Positions 7,874-17,009 of a DNA stretch of 18,329 nt are shown here, piece after piece. Position numbers and translations under genes: made by a program. The notes beneath the pieces were generated by a model that saw nothing but the letters and a program-made list of their open reading frames with translations, was not told the origin of the DNA and did not search any database. The number at the start of each line of letters is the position of its first letter. Position 1 is the first letter of the stretch. The DNA comes from Chthonomonadales bacterium (GTDB taxonomy: Bacteria > Armatimonadota > Chthonomonadetes > Chthonomonadales > CAJBBX01): contig JBMFSQ010000006.1 of NCBI GenBank assembly GCA_049967475.1, positions 1-18,329 of the forward strand, given 5' to 3'.

Positions 7874-8841
7874 GCCGCCGCCGTTCCCTGAGTGAGCAGC
7901 TTCCACAACGTGGGAAACGTAACGCGGTGATCGCCCGCCACGTAGTGACTTTCCCCTCCGTCGGCCACGGTGCGCACGAGGATCGTCTTCCAGGGCCGGT
8001 AATAATACCGGGGATCGGTTTTGGGCGCCTCGGCGTGGAAATCGCCGTGAAGATCCAGCAAGTCGAAGACGGCTGTAGTGAAATGGGCGATTTGCCTGCC
8101 TTCTTGGCGCGCCACGTTGCGGGCCATGGCAAGGGCCTTCAGGTACACCTCGGGCGCCATCACTGCGCTGCCGAAGTTGAGCAGAACTCCGCCTTCCAGG
8201 TGGTTCACAGCTTCTGCGAAGATCAGGAAGTCGCGATAAGAGAGTTCTCCCAGGGCGGATCCGTCGCAATTGGGGTGCTCGTGAATGATGTCCTGGCCGA
8301 TGCAGGCGTGGACGGTGACAGGAACTTTGAGGCGATACCCCGCGGCTAGAACGCTGATATCGCGATAGGGGAACGGCGTTTCAAAGATGTGGCGGCCGAG
8401 AGCCTCTCCATAGCCCACATCTTCGTCCACAACTGCGTGAAGGACGCTGCAGATCACCCCGGTTTCCCGCCACAAGCCGAATTCCCCGGTGCGGATGTAC
8501 CGAGCCACACTCTCGGTAGTCGCGCCGATGAGGGCGAACTCCCAATCGTGGATGGGGCCAGCCCCGTTCATGGCCACATGGGTGATGATGCCGCGCTCCA
8601 TCAAATCAATGATGAAGCGGGAATTGCCGCGGCGGATCACATGGGCCCCCATCATGAGGATCACCGGTGCTCCCCGCTCCCGAGCTTCCAGGATGCGGCG
8701 GGCAAGCACCGGCATAGAGGGATGGTCCAACGTAGGCACAGATGGATCCAACGGCATGATCACATCTAGGGTGAGGTCGTGCTGGCGCTCTGCCAGCGGC
8801 TTGATCAGGAGCTTGCTCCGGTCAAACATCGGGTACGGCAT
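7870..8841 (-). CDS. Deoxyhypusine-synthase-like conserved protein (GSU2086-type family)
   Basis: SD AAGGA before ATG 8841; motifs PVILMMGAHVI, THVAMNGAGPIHD, VPVTVHACIGQDIIHEHP, NFGSAVMAPEVYLKAL. Confidence 0.7.
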   Translation of the reverse strand: MPYPMFDRSKLLIKPLAERQHDLTLDVIMPLDPSVPTLDHPSMPVLARRILEARERGAPVILMMGAHVIRRGNSRFIIDLMERGIITHVAMNGAGPIHDWEFALIGATTESVARYIRTGEFGLWRETGVICSVLHAVVDEDVGYGEALGRHIFETPFPYRDISVLAAGYRLKVPVTVHACIGQDIIHEHPNCDGSALGELSYRDFLIFAEAVNHLEGGVLLNFGSAVMAPEVYLKALAMARNVARQEGRQIAHFTTAVFDLLDLHGDFHAEAPKTDPRYYYRPWKTILVRTVADGGESHYVAGDHRVTFPTLWKLLTQGTAAA

Positions 8842-11161
8842 GGTGCATCGTCCTTTCTTGCCGATGGGTGCGGCAGCGGCGGCTTGCAGCCAGCGCTCCA
8901 GCACAAAAGACGGCGAACATCATAAGGTACAGCCCAACTTTGAAGCTTTCGGGCTCATACGAGAATTCCACGATACTGGTCCCCGCGGGGAGCTCAACCC
9001 TGCGGAAAACTCCGTGGTCTAGTCCGATGCGTTCCGGGCGTGCGTTTACGCGGACGTGCCAGCCCGGATACAGCTCGTCCGCTACGTGGAGCGTGCTCGG
9101 CCCCGATGCGTGCACCTGCAAGCGTATTCGATTGATGCCGTCGGCCAACCATTGCACGGGCGCGGCGCCAGGGGTTGTCGCTTGCAGCCATGCGCGGCCT
9201 GGTGCATCAGGGAGCGTGTAGAGGTACACGCCGTCGGCGTACTCCTCGCGTGCGCCGCGCAGCTCCAGGGGTTCCAACGACAATAGTACCCGTACGCCGG
9301 CGCTTGCCAGGAGTGGGCTATAGGGATCCTTCGCGAAGACCATGTTGCCTACCTGCATTGGGCTCGCATCGCGGGCGGGGCCTGCAGCGCGGTTCATGAA
9401 GCTCTTATACCTTCCGGGAAAGAGCGAGTCATATCCCTGCACGTCATGCACCCGATAAATCATGGCAGCGTTGGGGGGAAGAACTGCGCGGGGTCCGCTG
9501 AAGCTCCAATCCGAGTTGATGGGAGCGATGCGGTCATGACCTGCCAGCTTGGCTGCCATCTGGATGGCCGGGGTTGTTGGGTAAACGTCACGAGGTCTGG
9601 CGGTGGAGTTGTACCCGCTTCCTTCCCACAGGAGGTCCAGTACCAGCACGCCGATGAGCGCCCATGGAGCCCAGCGTCTCCGCCAGTCAGCCCGCGTGCC
9701 GCCTGAAGATGCTGCCGATACTACAGCCGCTGCCGAAAGACCAAAGAACGTCACCTGCCGCCAAAGATGTGCATCACTGGGCGCGTAGGCGCCTGGAAGT
9801 CCCAAGGAGAAAGCGAGGACGGCCGCCCAGCAAATGGTTGTAATCCCGATAAGACCGAGGGCACGCCGCACGCCGATGGCTCCGCGCGCCAGTTCATCCA
9901 TACCAAGCCCGGCTAAGGCTGCAAAGCTGAACGCCCAGACGACAAGGGCGCGGCCCGGAGCTCCGCTTCGGCCAAACCCCGGCAGATAAAAATAGAGGAG
10001 TGCATCCACCGGCGTGCCAAAGGCCATGAGAAGGGCCAGGGCAGCAAGAAAGCCGAAGAATGCGGCTGCTCTGCGATGGCGACGGGACGCGACGCCGCCG
10101 GCTGCCAAAAGCAGGCCAGCCATGGACCCGTAAAGGGCTCCTTCGGCGTAGTTGAAGGGGAGCCCGCCTTGGCTTACGCCCCGATACGGAAGATCGGCTT
10201 GCGAGGGGTTGCCGAAGAGATCCGGCAGAAAGAGCGTCGCAAGGGATTGCGGTGGAACAGCGTAGGCCGTATACGCAGCATAGCCGGCCGGACTGGGCGG
10301 CGCAGCGCGGTGTGAGCGGTTCGATAGTTCCACGGCCGGCAGAAGCTGCGGAGCGGCGGCCAAAGAGCCGAGAACAAGAGCCGCCAGCCACAGTGCAGCC
10401 GGCGCCGCAACTTCCCTCCAGCGGCCGCCGAGAACGAGCTTCGTTGTCGCGACGCGCAAGAGAAGCAGATATACAGCGGCAAGCACGGCGGCCCCCAACA
10501 CATAAAGGGCAATTTGGAGGTGTCCTGCCAGTAATACCAGGGCGAAGACCCCCGCAAGACGGAGCATGCGTGCCGGAGAAGGCGCTTGCACAAGGCGCAG
10601 GGTCCCCAGTAAGGCAAAAGGCAGCCAGCAGGAAGTATCCAGGAAGGTAGGAAGCTGCAACCAGGACACCTGCCATGTGCAGAATGCATAGGCTGCCCCG
10701 GCGGCTACACCGGCGAGGGGCGCAGCGCCCAGGGAGCGGAGGAGCAGCCACATCCCTATACCAGCCGTCACGAGGTGGAGGAGGGCCGCAACGGCGAATG
10801 CTCGGTCTGCCGGCATCAGTACAAAAAGCAGGTTGGGCGGATAGAAAACGGCAGACTGGCTGTTCGCTACGAAAGGCGCGCCGCAGAAGGAGTAGGGGTT
10901 CCAGAGCGGGATGGTGCCGTTGCGCAAGGCAGCAGCAGCGAAAGCGCGCCATGGGTAGAACTGGCCGACGGCGTCATACGCCAGTGGGTTCCAGGGAATG
11001 CGCCCGCTCGGGGATGCCGACGCGTTCCATGGAGCCAATGTGGCCAGGAGGCGAGCTGGAAGGAATATCTCGCCAAGGAAGAGTGCTCGGTGCAGGAGCG
11101 CACAAGCAAGGAAAAGGAACAGTACAGGCGGTCCGTACCGCCGCAGAGCGTGCGCCGGAAT
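8822..11161 (-). CDS. YfhO-like polytopic membrane protein (putative GT-C glycosyltransferase); probable ATT start
   Basis: QFYPWR...GTIPLWNPYSFCGAPFVANSQSAVFYPPN, many TM helices, DVQGYDS, C-terminal LYPGWHVRVN...FRRVELPAG...VEFSYEP. The frame is open upstream of TTG 11038 back to TAG 11182-11180. Confidence 0.85.
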   Translation of the reverse strand: MPAHALRRYGPPVLFLFLACALLHRALFLGEIFLPARLLATLAPWNASASPSGRIPWNPLAYDAVGQFYPWRAFAAAALRNGTIPLWNPYSFCGAPFVANSQSAVFYPPNLLFVLMPADRAFAVAALLHLVTAGIGMWLLLRSLGAAPLAGVAAGAAYAFCTWQVSWLQLPTFLDTSCWLPFALLGTLRLVQAPSPARMLRLAGVFALVLLAGHLQIALYVLGAAVLAAVYLLLLRVATTKLVLGGRWREVAAPAALWLAALVLGSLAAAPQLLPAVELSNRSHRAAPPSPAGYAAYTAYAVPPQSLATLFLPDLFGNPSQADLPYRGVSQGGLPFNYAEGALYGSMAGLLLAAGGVASRRHRRAAAFFGFLAALALLMAFGTPVDALLYFYLPGFGRSGAPGRALVVWAFSFAALAGLGMDELARGAIGVRRALGLIGITTICWAAVLAFSLGLPGAYAPSDAHLWRQVTFFGLSAAAVVSAASSGGTRADWRRRWAPWALIGVLVLDLLWEGSGYNSTARPRDVYPTTPAIQMAAKLAGHDRIAPINSDWSFSGPRAVLPPNAAMIYRVHDVQGYDSLFPGRYKSFMNRAAGPARDASPMQVGNMVFAKDPYSPLLASAGVRVLLSLEPLELRGAREEYADGVYLYTLPDAPGRAWLQATTPGAAPVQWLADGINRIRLQVHASGPSTLHVADELYPGWHVRVNARPERIGLDHGVFRRVELPAGTSIVEFSYEPESFKVGLYLMMFAVFCAGALAASRRCRTHRQERTMHHAVPDV

Positions 11162-11179
11162 AGTATGCTCCCTGGGCTG

Positions 11180-11542
11180 CTAGTCGAAGAGCACAAGGTT
11201 CCGCTTGGCAACCTCATTGGCCGGATCCAGCGCCAGTACGCGCTCGAACTCATGCTTTGCTTCGGCATACATCCCAAGCATGGCGTATGTGAGCGCCAGA
11301 TCATTGAGGATGGACACGTTGGTGCTCTCCATTCCCGCAGCCCTTTTGAGCTCCTCCAGAGACTCCTCAAACTCGCCGATGAACCCAAGCACGAGGCCTA
11401 GCTGGTGGTGGGCCTCCACGTTATCGGGCTCGGCCTGGAGCAAACGGCGCAGCTCACTGAGGGCGTCATCGTATTTGCCTTCCACCTTGAAGGCGATGGC
11501 TCGCTCGAGGTGCAGGTTCCCTACAATGCCCATGTGGTCCAT
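11180..11542 (-). CDS. Small tetratricopeptide repeat protein (start 11542 or 11533)
   Basis: About three TPRs (AHHQLGLVLG, ILNDLALTYAMLGMYAEAKHEFERVLALDPAN); SD GAGGAG. Confidence 0.9.
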   Translation of the reverse strand: MDHMGIVGNLHLERAIAFKVEGKYDDALSELRRLLQAEPDNVEAHHQLGLVLGFIGEFEESLEELKRAAGMESTNVSILNDLALTYAMLGMYAEAKHEFERVLALDPANEVAKRNLVLFD

Positions 11543-11626
11543 TTCTCCTCTGGAAGCGCGTACTGCCGCGCGCAGGCGCCGCGGCCTCTACAGCTACCCG
11601 GGAACCGCTCATCGCTGTGTCGGCTC

Positions 11627-11655
11627 AGTATAACATGAGCACTTTCAAAAATCAA
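11627..11655 (-). promoter_or_regulatory. Sigma70 promoter for the TPR/YfhO/DHS-like operon
   Basis: Minus strand TTGATT (11655-11650), 17 nt, TATACT (11632-11627) with extended TG. Confidence 0.7.
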
Positions 11656-11719
11656 GCATGCCCATCGCCCCAGGCAGATGCAGCCTAAGCCCATCCCATC
11701 GCCGTCATGCCGGCGGCAC

Positions 11720-12499
11720 TCACCCGTTGCCCGCTTCGGGCTCCGAGGGTGAGCCATCGGCAGCGGCGCGCAGAGCTGCAATCTCCCACTGCCGAAGCTT
11801 GCGCCACGTGCCTGGGGCAAGCCCCTTGACGGATATAGGGCCGACGCTGAGGCGTGTGAGCGCAAGTACAGGATGCCCCACCGTTTGCATCATGCGTCGA
11901 AGTTGCCGGTTGCGGCCCTCAAAGAGGGTGATATCCAGCACCGTGGTATTGTGCGCCTCATCGTACTGAACGACCTCGACCTGCGCCGGCAGCGTCATCC
12001 CGTCCTCCAGGAGGATGCCCTGACGCAAGTCCGTCAGAGCAAATTCGCTCACGCGGCCGCGGGCTACCACGCGATAGACTTTGGGGATGGCGTTGCGGGG
12101 ATGCATCAAATGTTGGGCGAGATCCCCGTCGTTGGTCAGAAGCAGCAGGCCCGACGTGCCGGCATCAAGCCTCCCGATGGGATAAATGCGCTGACCCACA
12201 GCGCGCACGAGCTCCATCACCGTGTGGGGCGCGTGGGGGTCCTTGACGGTGCAAACGTATCCCTCGGGTTTGTTCAGGGCGATCGTGACACGCACAATGC
12301 TGCCCGGGCCGTGGGACGGCAGGCGTGGAACCGTCTTGCCGTCAACGGTTATCGCGTCCCGTTCGGGGTCAACGCGCGTCCCAAGCCGTGTGACGACCAC
12401 TCCGTTGACCGACACCCTACCTTCGGAAATCAGTCTCTCGGAAGCGCGCCGAGAGGCCACTCCGGCGGCGGCGAGCACTTTTTGCAACCGCTCTTCCAT
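11720..12499 (-). CDS. rluB: RsuA/RluB family pseudouridine synthase with S4 domain
   Basis: MEERLQKVLAAAGVASRR S4 domain; LNKPEG; catalytic GRLD; EGRNRQLRRM. Confidence 0.9.
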   Translation of the reverse strand: MEERLQKVLAAAGVASRRASERLISEGRVSVNGVVVTRLGTRVDPERDAITVDGKTVPRLPSHGPGSIVRVTIALNKPEGYVCTVKDPHAPHTVMELVRAVGQRIYPIGRLDAGTSGLLLLTNDGDLAQHLMHPRNAIPKVYRVVARGRVSEFALTDLRQGILLEDGMTLPAQVEVVQYDEAHNTTVLDITLFEGRNRQLRRMMQTVGHPVLALTRLSVGPISVKGLAPGTWRKLRQWEIAALRAAADGSPSEPEAGNG

Positions 12500-13688
12500 A
12501 GCCAATGAGGGCCGTGCCGAAAAGAACCAGAATGCCGGGGCCGATCCAGGAATGTGCCGCTCGGCCGGGTGGAAGCCTGCGCGGATCGGATGCCGTGGCG
12601 ATGAGCGGCACGGACGACACGGTTCGGCCTTGCCACACTACGGCTACCCGCCCCAATTGCGCGCCCGGCGCTACAGGAGCCTCCACAGTGTTTGTTTGAA
12701 CCTGGAGGTGGGCATCGGGTACGACGCCTTTGGGAACTACTACCTGAACCGGCGCTTCTGGAGCTGCGGGCACCGAGGCCTCTTGCCCTCCCTGGACGGG
12801 TACTCGGGCAACGATGCGGCCTGCCTGGGCTAGAACGCGGGGCTCGAAATGGTAGAAGCCCCACTTCATCAGTGCCGAGGTCTCTCCAAAGGCGTCGGGG
12901 CTATGAAGCACTACGGAAATGAGGCGCCAGCCGTTCCACGTAGCCGAACCCACGAAACAATGGCCTGCGGGCACGGTGTATCCCGTTTTGATGCCGTCTG
13001 CGCCGGGGAAATGCGCCAGCCATTTGATGGAATGGTTCCTCAGGATCACATCGCGAGTGTCCATGGACCGGGTGATGCGATAGATAGGCGTGGACACGGC
13101 CTCCTGGAATGCGGGATACCTGAGGGCGTATCGAGCCATAAGCGCAAGATCGCGGGCCGTGGTGGTATTGGGGGGGTCGTTGAGGCCGTTGGGGTTCCGA
13201 AAGATGGTATGCATGGCCCCGATCTCCCGCGCCTTCGCCGTCATCATCTGGGCGAACTGGCCTTCGGAGCCCGCGATCGCTTCCGCTGCCGCCACACACC
13301 CGTCATTGGCGCTGCGCAAAACAAGGCCATAGAGCAGATCGTGAGCCGTGATCTTCTCCCCGGGGCGCAGATGCAGCGAACTCCCCTCGGTGTCTGCGCA
13401 GCGCTTGCTCGCAGTGATCACATCCTGCGGGTGCGTGTGCTCCAGCAGCAGGATGGCCGTCATAATCTTGGTGGTACTGGCCGGAGGGCGCGGCGCATCG
13501 GCGTTCTTCTCGTAAAGAACCTGTCCGCTTACAGCATCCACCAGGATGGCTGACGCTGCACGGATGGGGGGCGGAGGTGCAACCGCAGGCGCTTGAGCCG
13601 CGGCGGCGTGCATCGAGCAAAACAAACCGCCCAGGCCAAGGGTTGCGCGACACAGTGAATTCCTTAGCCGCCTCCATGCCGAAAGCAC
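12417..13688 (-). CDS. D-alanyl-D-alanine carboxypeptidase (peptidase S11, PBP5/DacB-like)
   Basis: PPASTTK (SxxK), SAN (SxN), GIKTG (KTG), PBP5 C-terminal domain, C-terminal TM plus basic tail; start approximate. Confidence 0.93.
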   Translation of the reverse strand: MLSAWRRLRNSLCRATLGLGGLFCSMHAAAAQAPAVAPPPPIRAASAILVDAVSGQVLYEKNADAPRPPASTTKIMTAILLLEHTHPQDVITASKRCADTEGSSLHLRPGEKITAHDLLYGLVLRSANDGCVAAAEAIAGSEGQFAQMMTAKAREIGAMHTIFRNPNGLNDPPNTTTARDLALMARYALRYPAFQEAVSTPIYRITRSMDTRDVILRNHSIKWLAHFPGADGIKTGYTVPAGHCFVGSATWNGWRLISVVLHSPDAFGETSALMKWGFYHFEPRVLAQAGRIVARVPVQGGQEASVPAAPEAPVQVVVPKGVVPDAHLQVQTNTVEAPVAPGAQLGRVAVVWQGRTVSSVPLIATASDPRRLPPGRAAHSWIGPGILVLFGTALIGYGRAVAKSARRRRSGLSARFRETDFRR

Positions 13689-13775
13689 GGTAACGGCAGC
13701 ACGATGGGTCTCTACGATTGCCGGGGTTCCTCCACGGGATGTAAAATTGCCGCAACCCGAAGGCGGAAGCGCCCT

Positions 13776-13804
13776 ATTGTACCAGTTTCATCGTGACCAT
13801 GCAA
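13776..13804 (-). promoter_or_regulatory. Sigma70 promoter for the carboxypeptidase-rluB genes
   Basis: Minus strand TTGCAT (13804-13799), 17 nt, TACAAT (13781-13776) with extended TG. Confidence 0.7.
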
Positions 13805-13828
13805 TTCGCGGGGTGCGCTCAGGCTGGC

Positions 13829-14119
13829 CTACGATAATTCCTCCGCAGGCAGGGAGAATACCTTGAGTGCCAGGCGACCACTTCGTTCCGCAGAGAGAGC
13901 CTCCAGTTGCTTGAGCACCTGGGGTACCAGCGTTTCCGGCATGCCGGCCAAAATAACCGAGTTGAGGCCGGGCCAAATGGGAGTACCGTCCCGGATGCCG
14001 TTCTTGCCGCTTCCGGTCGCTCCGGTGAAGCGCGTATATCCCGGCGCACCGGAGCGCGTGAGGATTTCGATGATGCGAGGGTCTACGCTGGCCTCACAGA
14101 TGATGATCAACAGGCGCAT
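13829..14119 (-). CDS. P-II-like small protein (PG0541-type, transporter-associated)
   Basis: SD GGAGG, ATG 14119, 96 aa; GAPGYTRFTGATGSGKNG...GTPIWPGLNSVI and KVFSLPAEE fit a GlnB-like fold. Confidence 0.75.
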   Translation of the reverse strand: MRLLIIICEASVDPRIIEILTRSGAPGYTRFTGATGSGKNGIRDGTPIWPGLNSVILAGMPETLVPQVLKQLEALSAERSGRLALKVFSLPAEELS

Positions 14120-14252
14120 GGCTTCCTCCGGATCCTCTCTGGCAGGGAATGGGCGGGTGGAGCGGACGTTCCCGAACGCCGCCGACGAGAGTGTACCGCA
14201 CAAAGCCTCCCGGCAGTTCGCATGCCCACGGCTTCTGTCCCGAGCCCATGCA

Positions 14253-14322
14253 TCCGGATGCCGCGCGCTTCGGCCGGGATCGCGGCGCATCGGGTATCGT
14301 GGAAGAAGTCCGGATGCCGCGC
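14253..14322. repeat. 14-bp direct repeat TCCGGATGCCGCGC (14253-14266 and 14309-14322)
   Basis: Two exact copies 56 bp apart in the divergent intergenic region. Confidence 0.8.
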
Positions 14323-14439
14323 AGAGGGGTGAAAGCTCTCCGGCAGGTAGCGGAATGGCGCTTTGAGTTTGGCCGGCGGGCTGCGGCGATTGAAGGAGGT
14401 GTTCAGATTTTGTGTGGTTCAACGGACGCCAGCGGAAGC

Positions 14440-14874
14440 ATGGTTACCTTCCGTCGAGTTCAGGACGAGGAGGACCTGCGCCGGTGCCTGGACGTGCGCC
14501 TGCGCGTCTTTGTAGAGGAGCAGGAGGTTCCCGCTTCAGAGGAATTGGATGCCTACGATGCAGTGGCGGAGCACTTTTTGGCGGAATGTCGCGGCTGCGT
14601 CCTCGGCACTGCGCGGATGGTGGACCTGGGGGACGGCGTTGGCAAGATCGGGAGGGTGGCGGTTCTGAGGGAATGGCGTGGGAAAGGCATCGGGCGGGCA
14701 CTCATGGAATTCGTCCTAGCGCACGCGGAGGGCCGCTTCGACGTGCTGATCCTGGATGCCCAGGTTCCGGTGATCGCCTTCTACGAGAAGCTTGGTTTTG
14801 AAGCCGAGGGAGAGGTGTTCTTGGATGCCGGGATTCCCCACAGGAGGATGCGGCGAGCGTTTCCACGTTCCTAG
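14440..14874 (+). CDS. GNAT N-acetyltransferase (ElaA/YjcF-like)
   Basis: VRLRVFVEEQEVP..EELD..D, KIGRVAVLREWRGKGIG (acetyl-CoA motif A), AQ...FYEKLGF...FLDAGIPH. Confidence 0.93.
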   Translation: MVTFRRVQDEEDLRRCLDVRLRVFVEEQEVPASEELDAYDAVAEHFLAECRGCVLGTARMVDLGDGVGKIGRVAVLREWRGKGIGRALMEFVLAHAEGRFDVLILDAQVPVIAFYEKLGFEAEGEVFLDAGIPHRRMRRAFPRS

Positions 14875-14972
14875 GGGCAGCCATGGCAGGTGGTCATGAG
14901 CGTGCGGCGCCTGCAGCGGGTTCCGATGGGCATCGCGGCGATCATCGCTGTGTGGTTGGGGTGATGCAGAAG

Positions 14973-16943
14973 CTATGGAACTTGGGAAAGCGCGTCCCAA
15001 GCATCCAGATAATCGAGCACCGCCGTAATGAACTCACTGTGGCTCCACGTGAGTGGCGCAACGGAGAGGGGGTCTCCCGTCTCGGGATGGAGTTGTTCCG
15101 GCAGAACGCCGCTGGGCATGGCACGGCGCGCAGCCCAGAGGATCAACTCCATGGCAGTACCCATATCCTGCCGGGAGGCGGCACGGGCAATGTACCACCG
15201 GGCTGCCCACAGGGTGCAAATGATCCACGGGTTTCCGGGGACGCGGGCCAAGTCGTCCACGCGGCGGAAATAGTAGTCGTTCTCGTAGCGGGCGATGCCG
15301 CCTACATTGGTCTTGACCCATAGACATGAGATCACGCGGCGCATGGTAGCTTCCACCTTGGGGTCTGTGGGCTGGAAGGCGCCGAATTGCCAGAGGGCTG
15401 CCAGTGCGCTGTCCACAGTAAGGTCTCTTTGATATCCATCCGGCGTTTCCACCAAGCGCCTGGCGAAGGTGGAGGCATTCTCATCCCAAAGGTGCTGCTC
15501 GATCCCCGCCCTTATCTCGTCGGCTGCTTGGCGCCACTTGGAGGCGGAGCTCGCGTCGCCCAACTCGCCGGCAAGATCTGCTGCAGCCCGAAGGGCTCCG
15601 TAAACGGCTCCGCACGTGTACGCATGGACGCCCCGGCGCTCTTCCCAAAGGTCGTAGGAGGGCAGCGGCAGGCCGGTTTTTTCATCGCGGAAGCCCGCCA
15701 TGAAGTCTGCGCAGGGGCGAATGAGGCCGCCGTAGAGTGCTCCGGCAAGCTCTGGGCTTCTACACTGCTGGTGCACGCTCCAGAAGGCCCACACCACCAA
15801 GGCGGTGCTGTCTTCCTGGAACGGGATTTCGGGCTTGCCGTCCACCACCCAGGGATGCCAGGTAGCTCCCCAGGATCCGTCGGCCATATATTTGTGCATG
15901 AAGGCGGGCCGATCTTTGGGGAGGATGTCGCGGCAGAAGAGGAAGAAGCGCCGAGCGATGTCATCACACCCCAGGCGGTTCAAGGCGGCTACTACGAGGG
16001 CTCCATCGCGGGGCCACATGTACGAGTAGTGGGCGCGGGCCGTTTCCATAATGTCTGAGTCATTGGCGGCTATGATCGCGCCGCGGTTATCGGTATTGGC
16101 CCGGATGACCAAGAGGCTTCGGCGGAAGATATCGGGGATGGGCTCGGGAAGGGTTGACACTCGGTCCATGCCTCGCTCGGACCAACCCTCCCATCGGCGG
16201 TTGGTCTCGTCAAAGAGGGTTTGGAAGCCTTCGCGCTCAACGTGCTGGTGGAGGCGGACCGCTTCGTCCAGTGTATGGCCGGCGCAGATCCACGCATGGG
16301 CCGTAGCGCATCCCCTGGGCGCCAAAGTAAGCCACACCGAGATGGTGGAGTCTACAGATCCTTGGGCCACCGGGTTCATAGAGAGTTCGCCGTCCTCTGC
16401 ATCCCGCCATGTGCCTTCCGCACCGCGGAAGCCCTTGATGCCCGCGGCGTATTGGCGGATGCCGCCTTCTTCCGTACGCGCCGCAATGAGGAAGTAGGTG
16501 TCTCGCTTGTAGTGGATCATGGCGTCCACGAAGGGATTGTAGAAAGCCGTGTCCGCGATATCCGTCTCGGCGATGAGAAAGTCGTGAGCCAAGAAGAGAC
16601 GCACTTGGCGGGGAACGTCCGTGTCGTTCTCCAACAGAAAGCGCCGCAGCAGGATATCGTCCCAGTGGTGGACGCAGTCGTTGACGGTGAGGGTAATCCC
16701 CAAATCTCTGTTTTCGGCCACTGCGTCGGTGGCGAGGGTCCCGGGCAGGTAGCGCGGCACGGTATTCCAGGACGGGTCGTGGATCCAGGAGAAGCGGCCG
16801 TCGGCCCAAACGCCGATGCGCGCCCGGTTGCCGGAGAGGTGGTTGTGAAGACCCACGTAGGGCCAATACAGGTCTCGAATGGCAAGACGGCTATCGAGGC
16901 ATACGAGCAGGTTGCCATTGCCCGTTATCAAAGGTCTCGGCAC
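14973..16943 (-). CDS. Glycoside hydrolase family 15 (glucoamylase/trehalase-like)
   Basis: SD GGAGGAG, GTG start; motifs YSYMWPRDG, SYDLWEE, GGIARYEND, LPEQ, PLTWSH. Confidence 0.93.
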   Translation of the reverse strand: MPRPLITGNGNLLVCLDSRLAIRDLYWPYVGLHNHLSGNRARIGVWADGRFSWIHDPSWNTVPRYLPGTLATDAVAENRDLGITLTVNDCVHHWDDILLRRFLLENDTDVPRQVRLFLAHDFLIAETDIADTAFYNPFVDAMIHYKRDTYFLIAARTEEGGIRQYAAGIKGFRGAEGTWRDAEDGELSMNPVAQGSVDSTISVWLTLAPRGCATAHAWICAGHTLDEAVRLHQHVEREGFQTLFDETNRRWEGWSERGMDRVSTLPEPIPDIFRRSLLVIRANTDNRGAIIAANDSDIMETARAHYSYMWPRDGALVVAALNRLGCDDIARRFFLFCRDILPKDRPAFMHKYMADGSWGATWHPWVVDGKPEIPFQEDSTALVVWAFWSVHQQCRSPELAGALYGGLIRPCADFMAGFRDEKTGLPLPSYDLWEERRGVHAYTCGAVYGALRAAADLAGELGDASSASKWRQAADEIRAGIEQHLWDENASTFARRLVETPDGYQRDLTVDSALAALWQFGAFQPTDPKVEATMRRVISCLWVKTNVGGIARYENDYYFRRVDDLARVPGNPWIICTLWAARWYIARAASRQDMGTAMELILWAARRAMPSGVLPEQLHPETGDPLSVAPLTWSHSEFITAVLDYLDAWDALSQVP

Positions 16944-17009
16944 GTTGTGTCGTTCTCCTCCCAGGATGCAGGCTTCGCCGCCGCTGAGCCTCCGAGCATA
17001 GGTACGCCC

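Noticed and set aside
9894..11401. Alternative-frame ORFs over the YfhO and TPR genes (9894-10952, 10867-11388, 10775-11401)
   Set aside because: No domain signal; the YfhO N-terminus is explained in its own frame without a frameshift.
14195..14355. Fragments resembling c-di-GMP-I (CAAAGCCTCC, GGTAGCGG) or glycine (GAAAGCTCTC) riboswitches
   Set aside because: The required partner elements (GGCAAAC with GNRA-capped P2; GGAGA and CCGAAG) are absent and the spacing is wrong.
14120..14439. Long N-terminal extensions of the P-II-like and GNAT ORFs
   Set aside because: The extensions overlap each other and look non-coding; family-like sequence begins at ATG 14119 (with SD) and ATG 14440.
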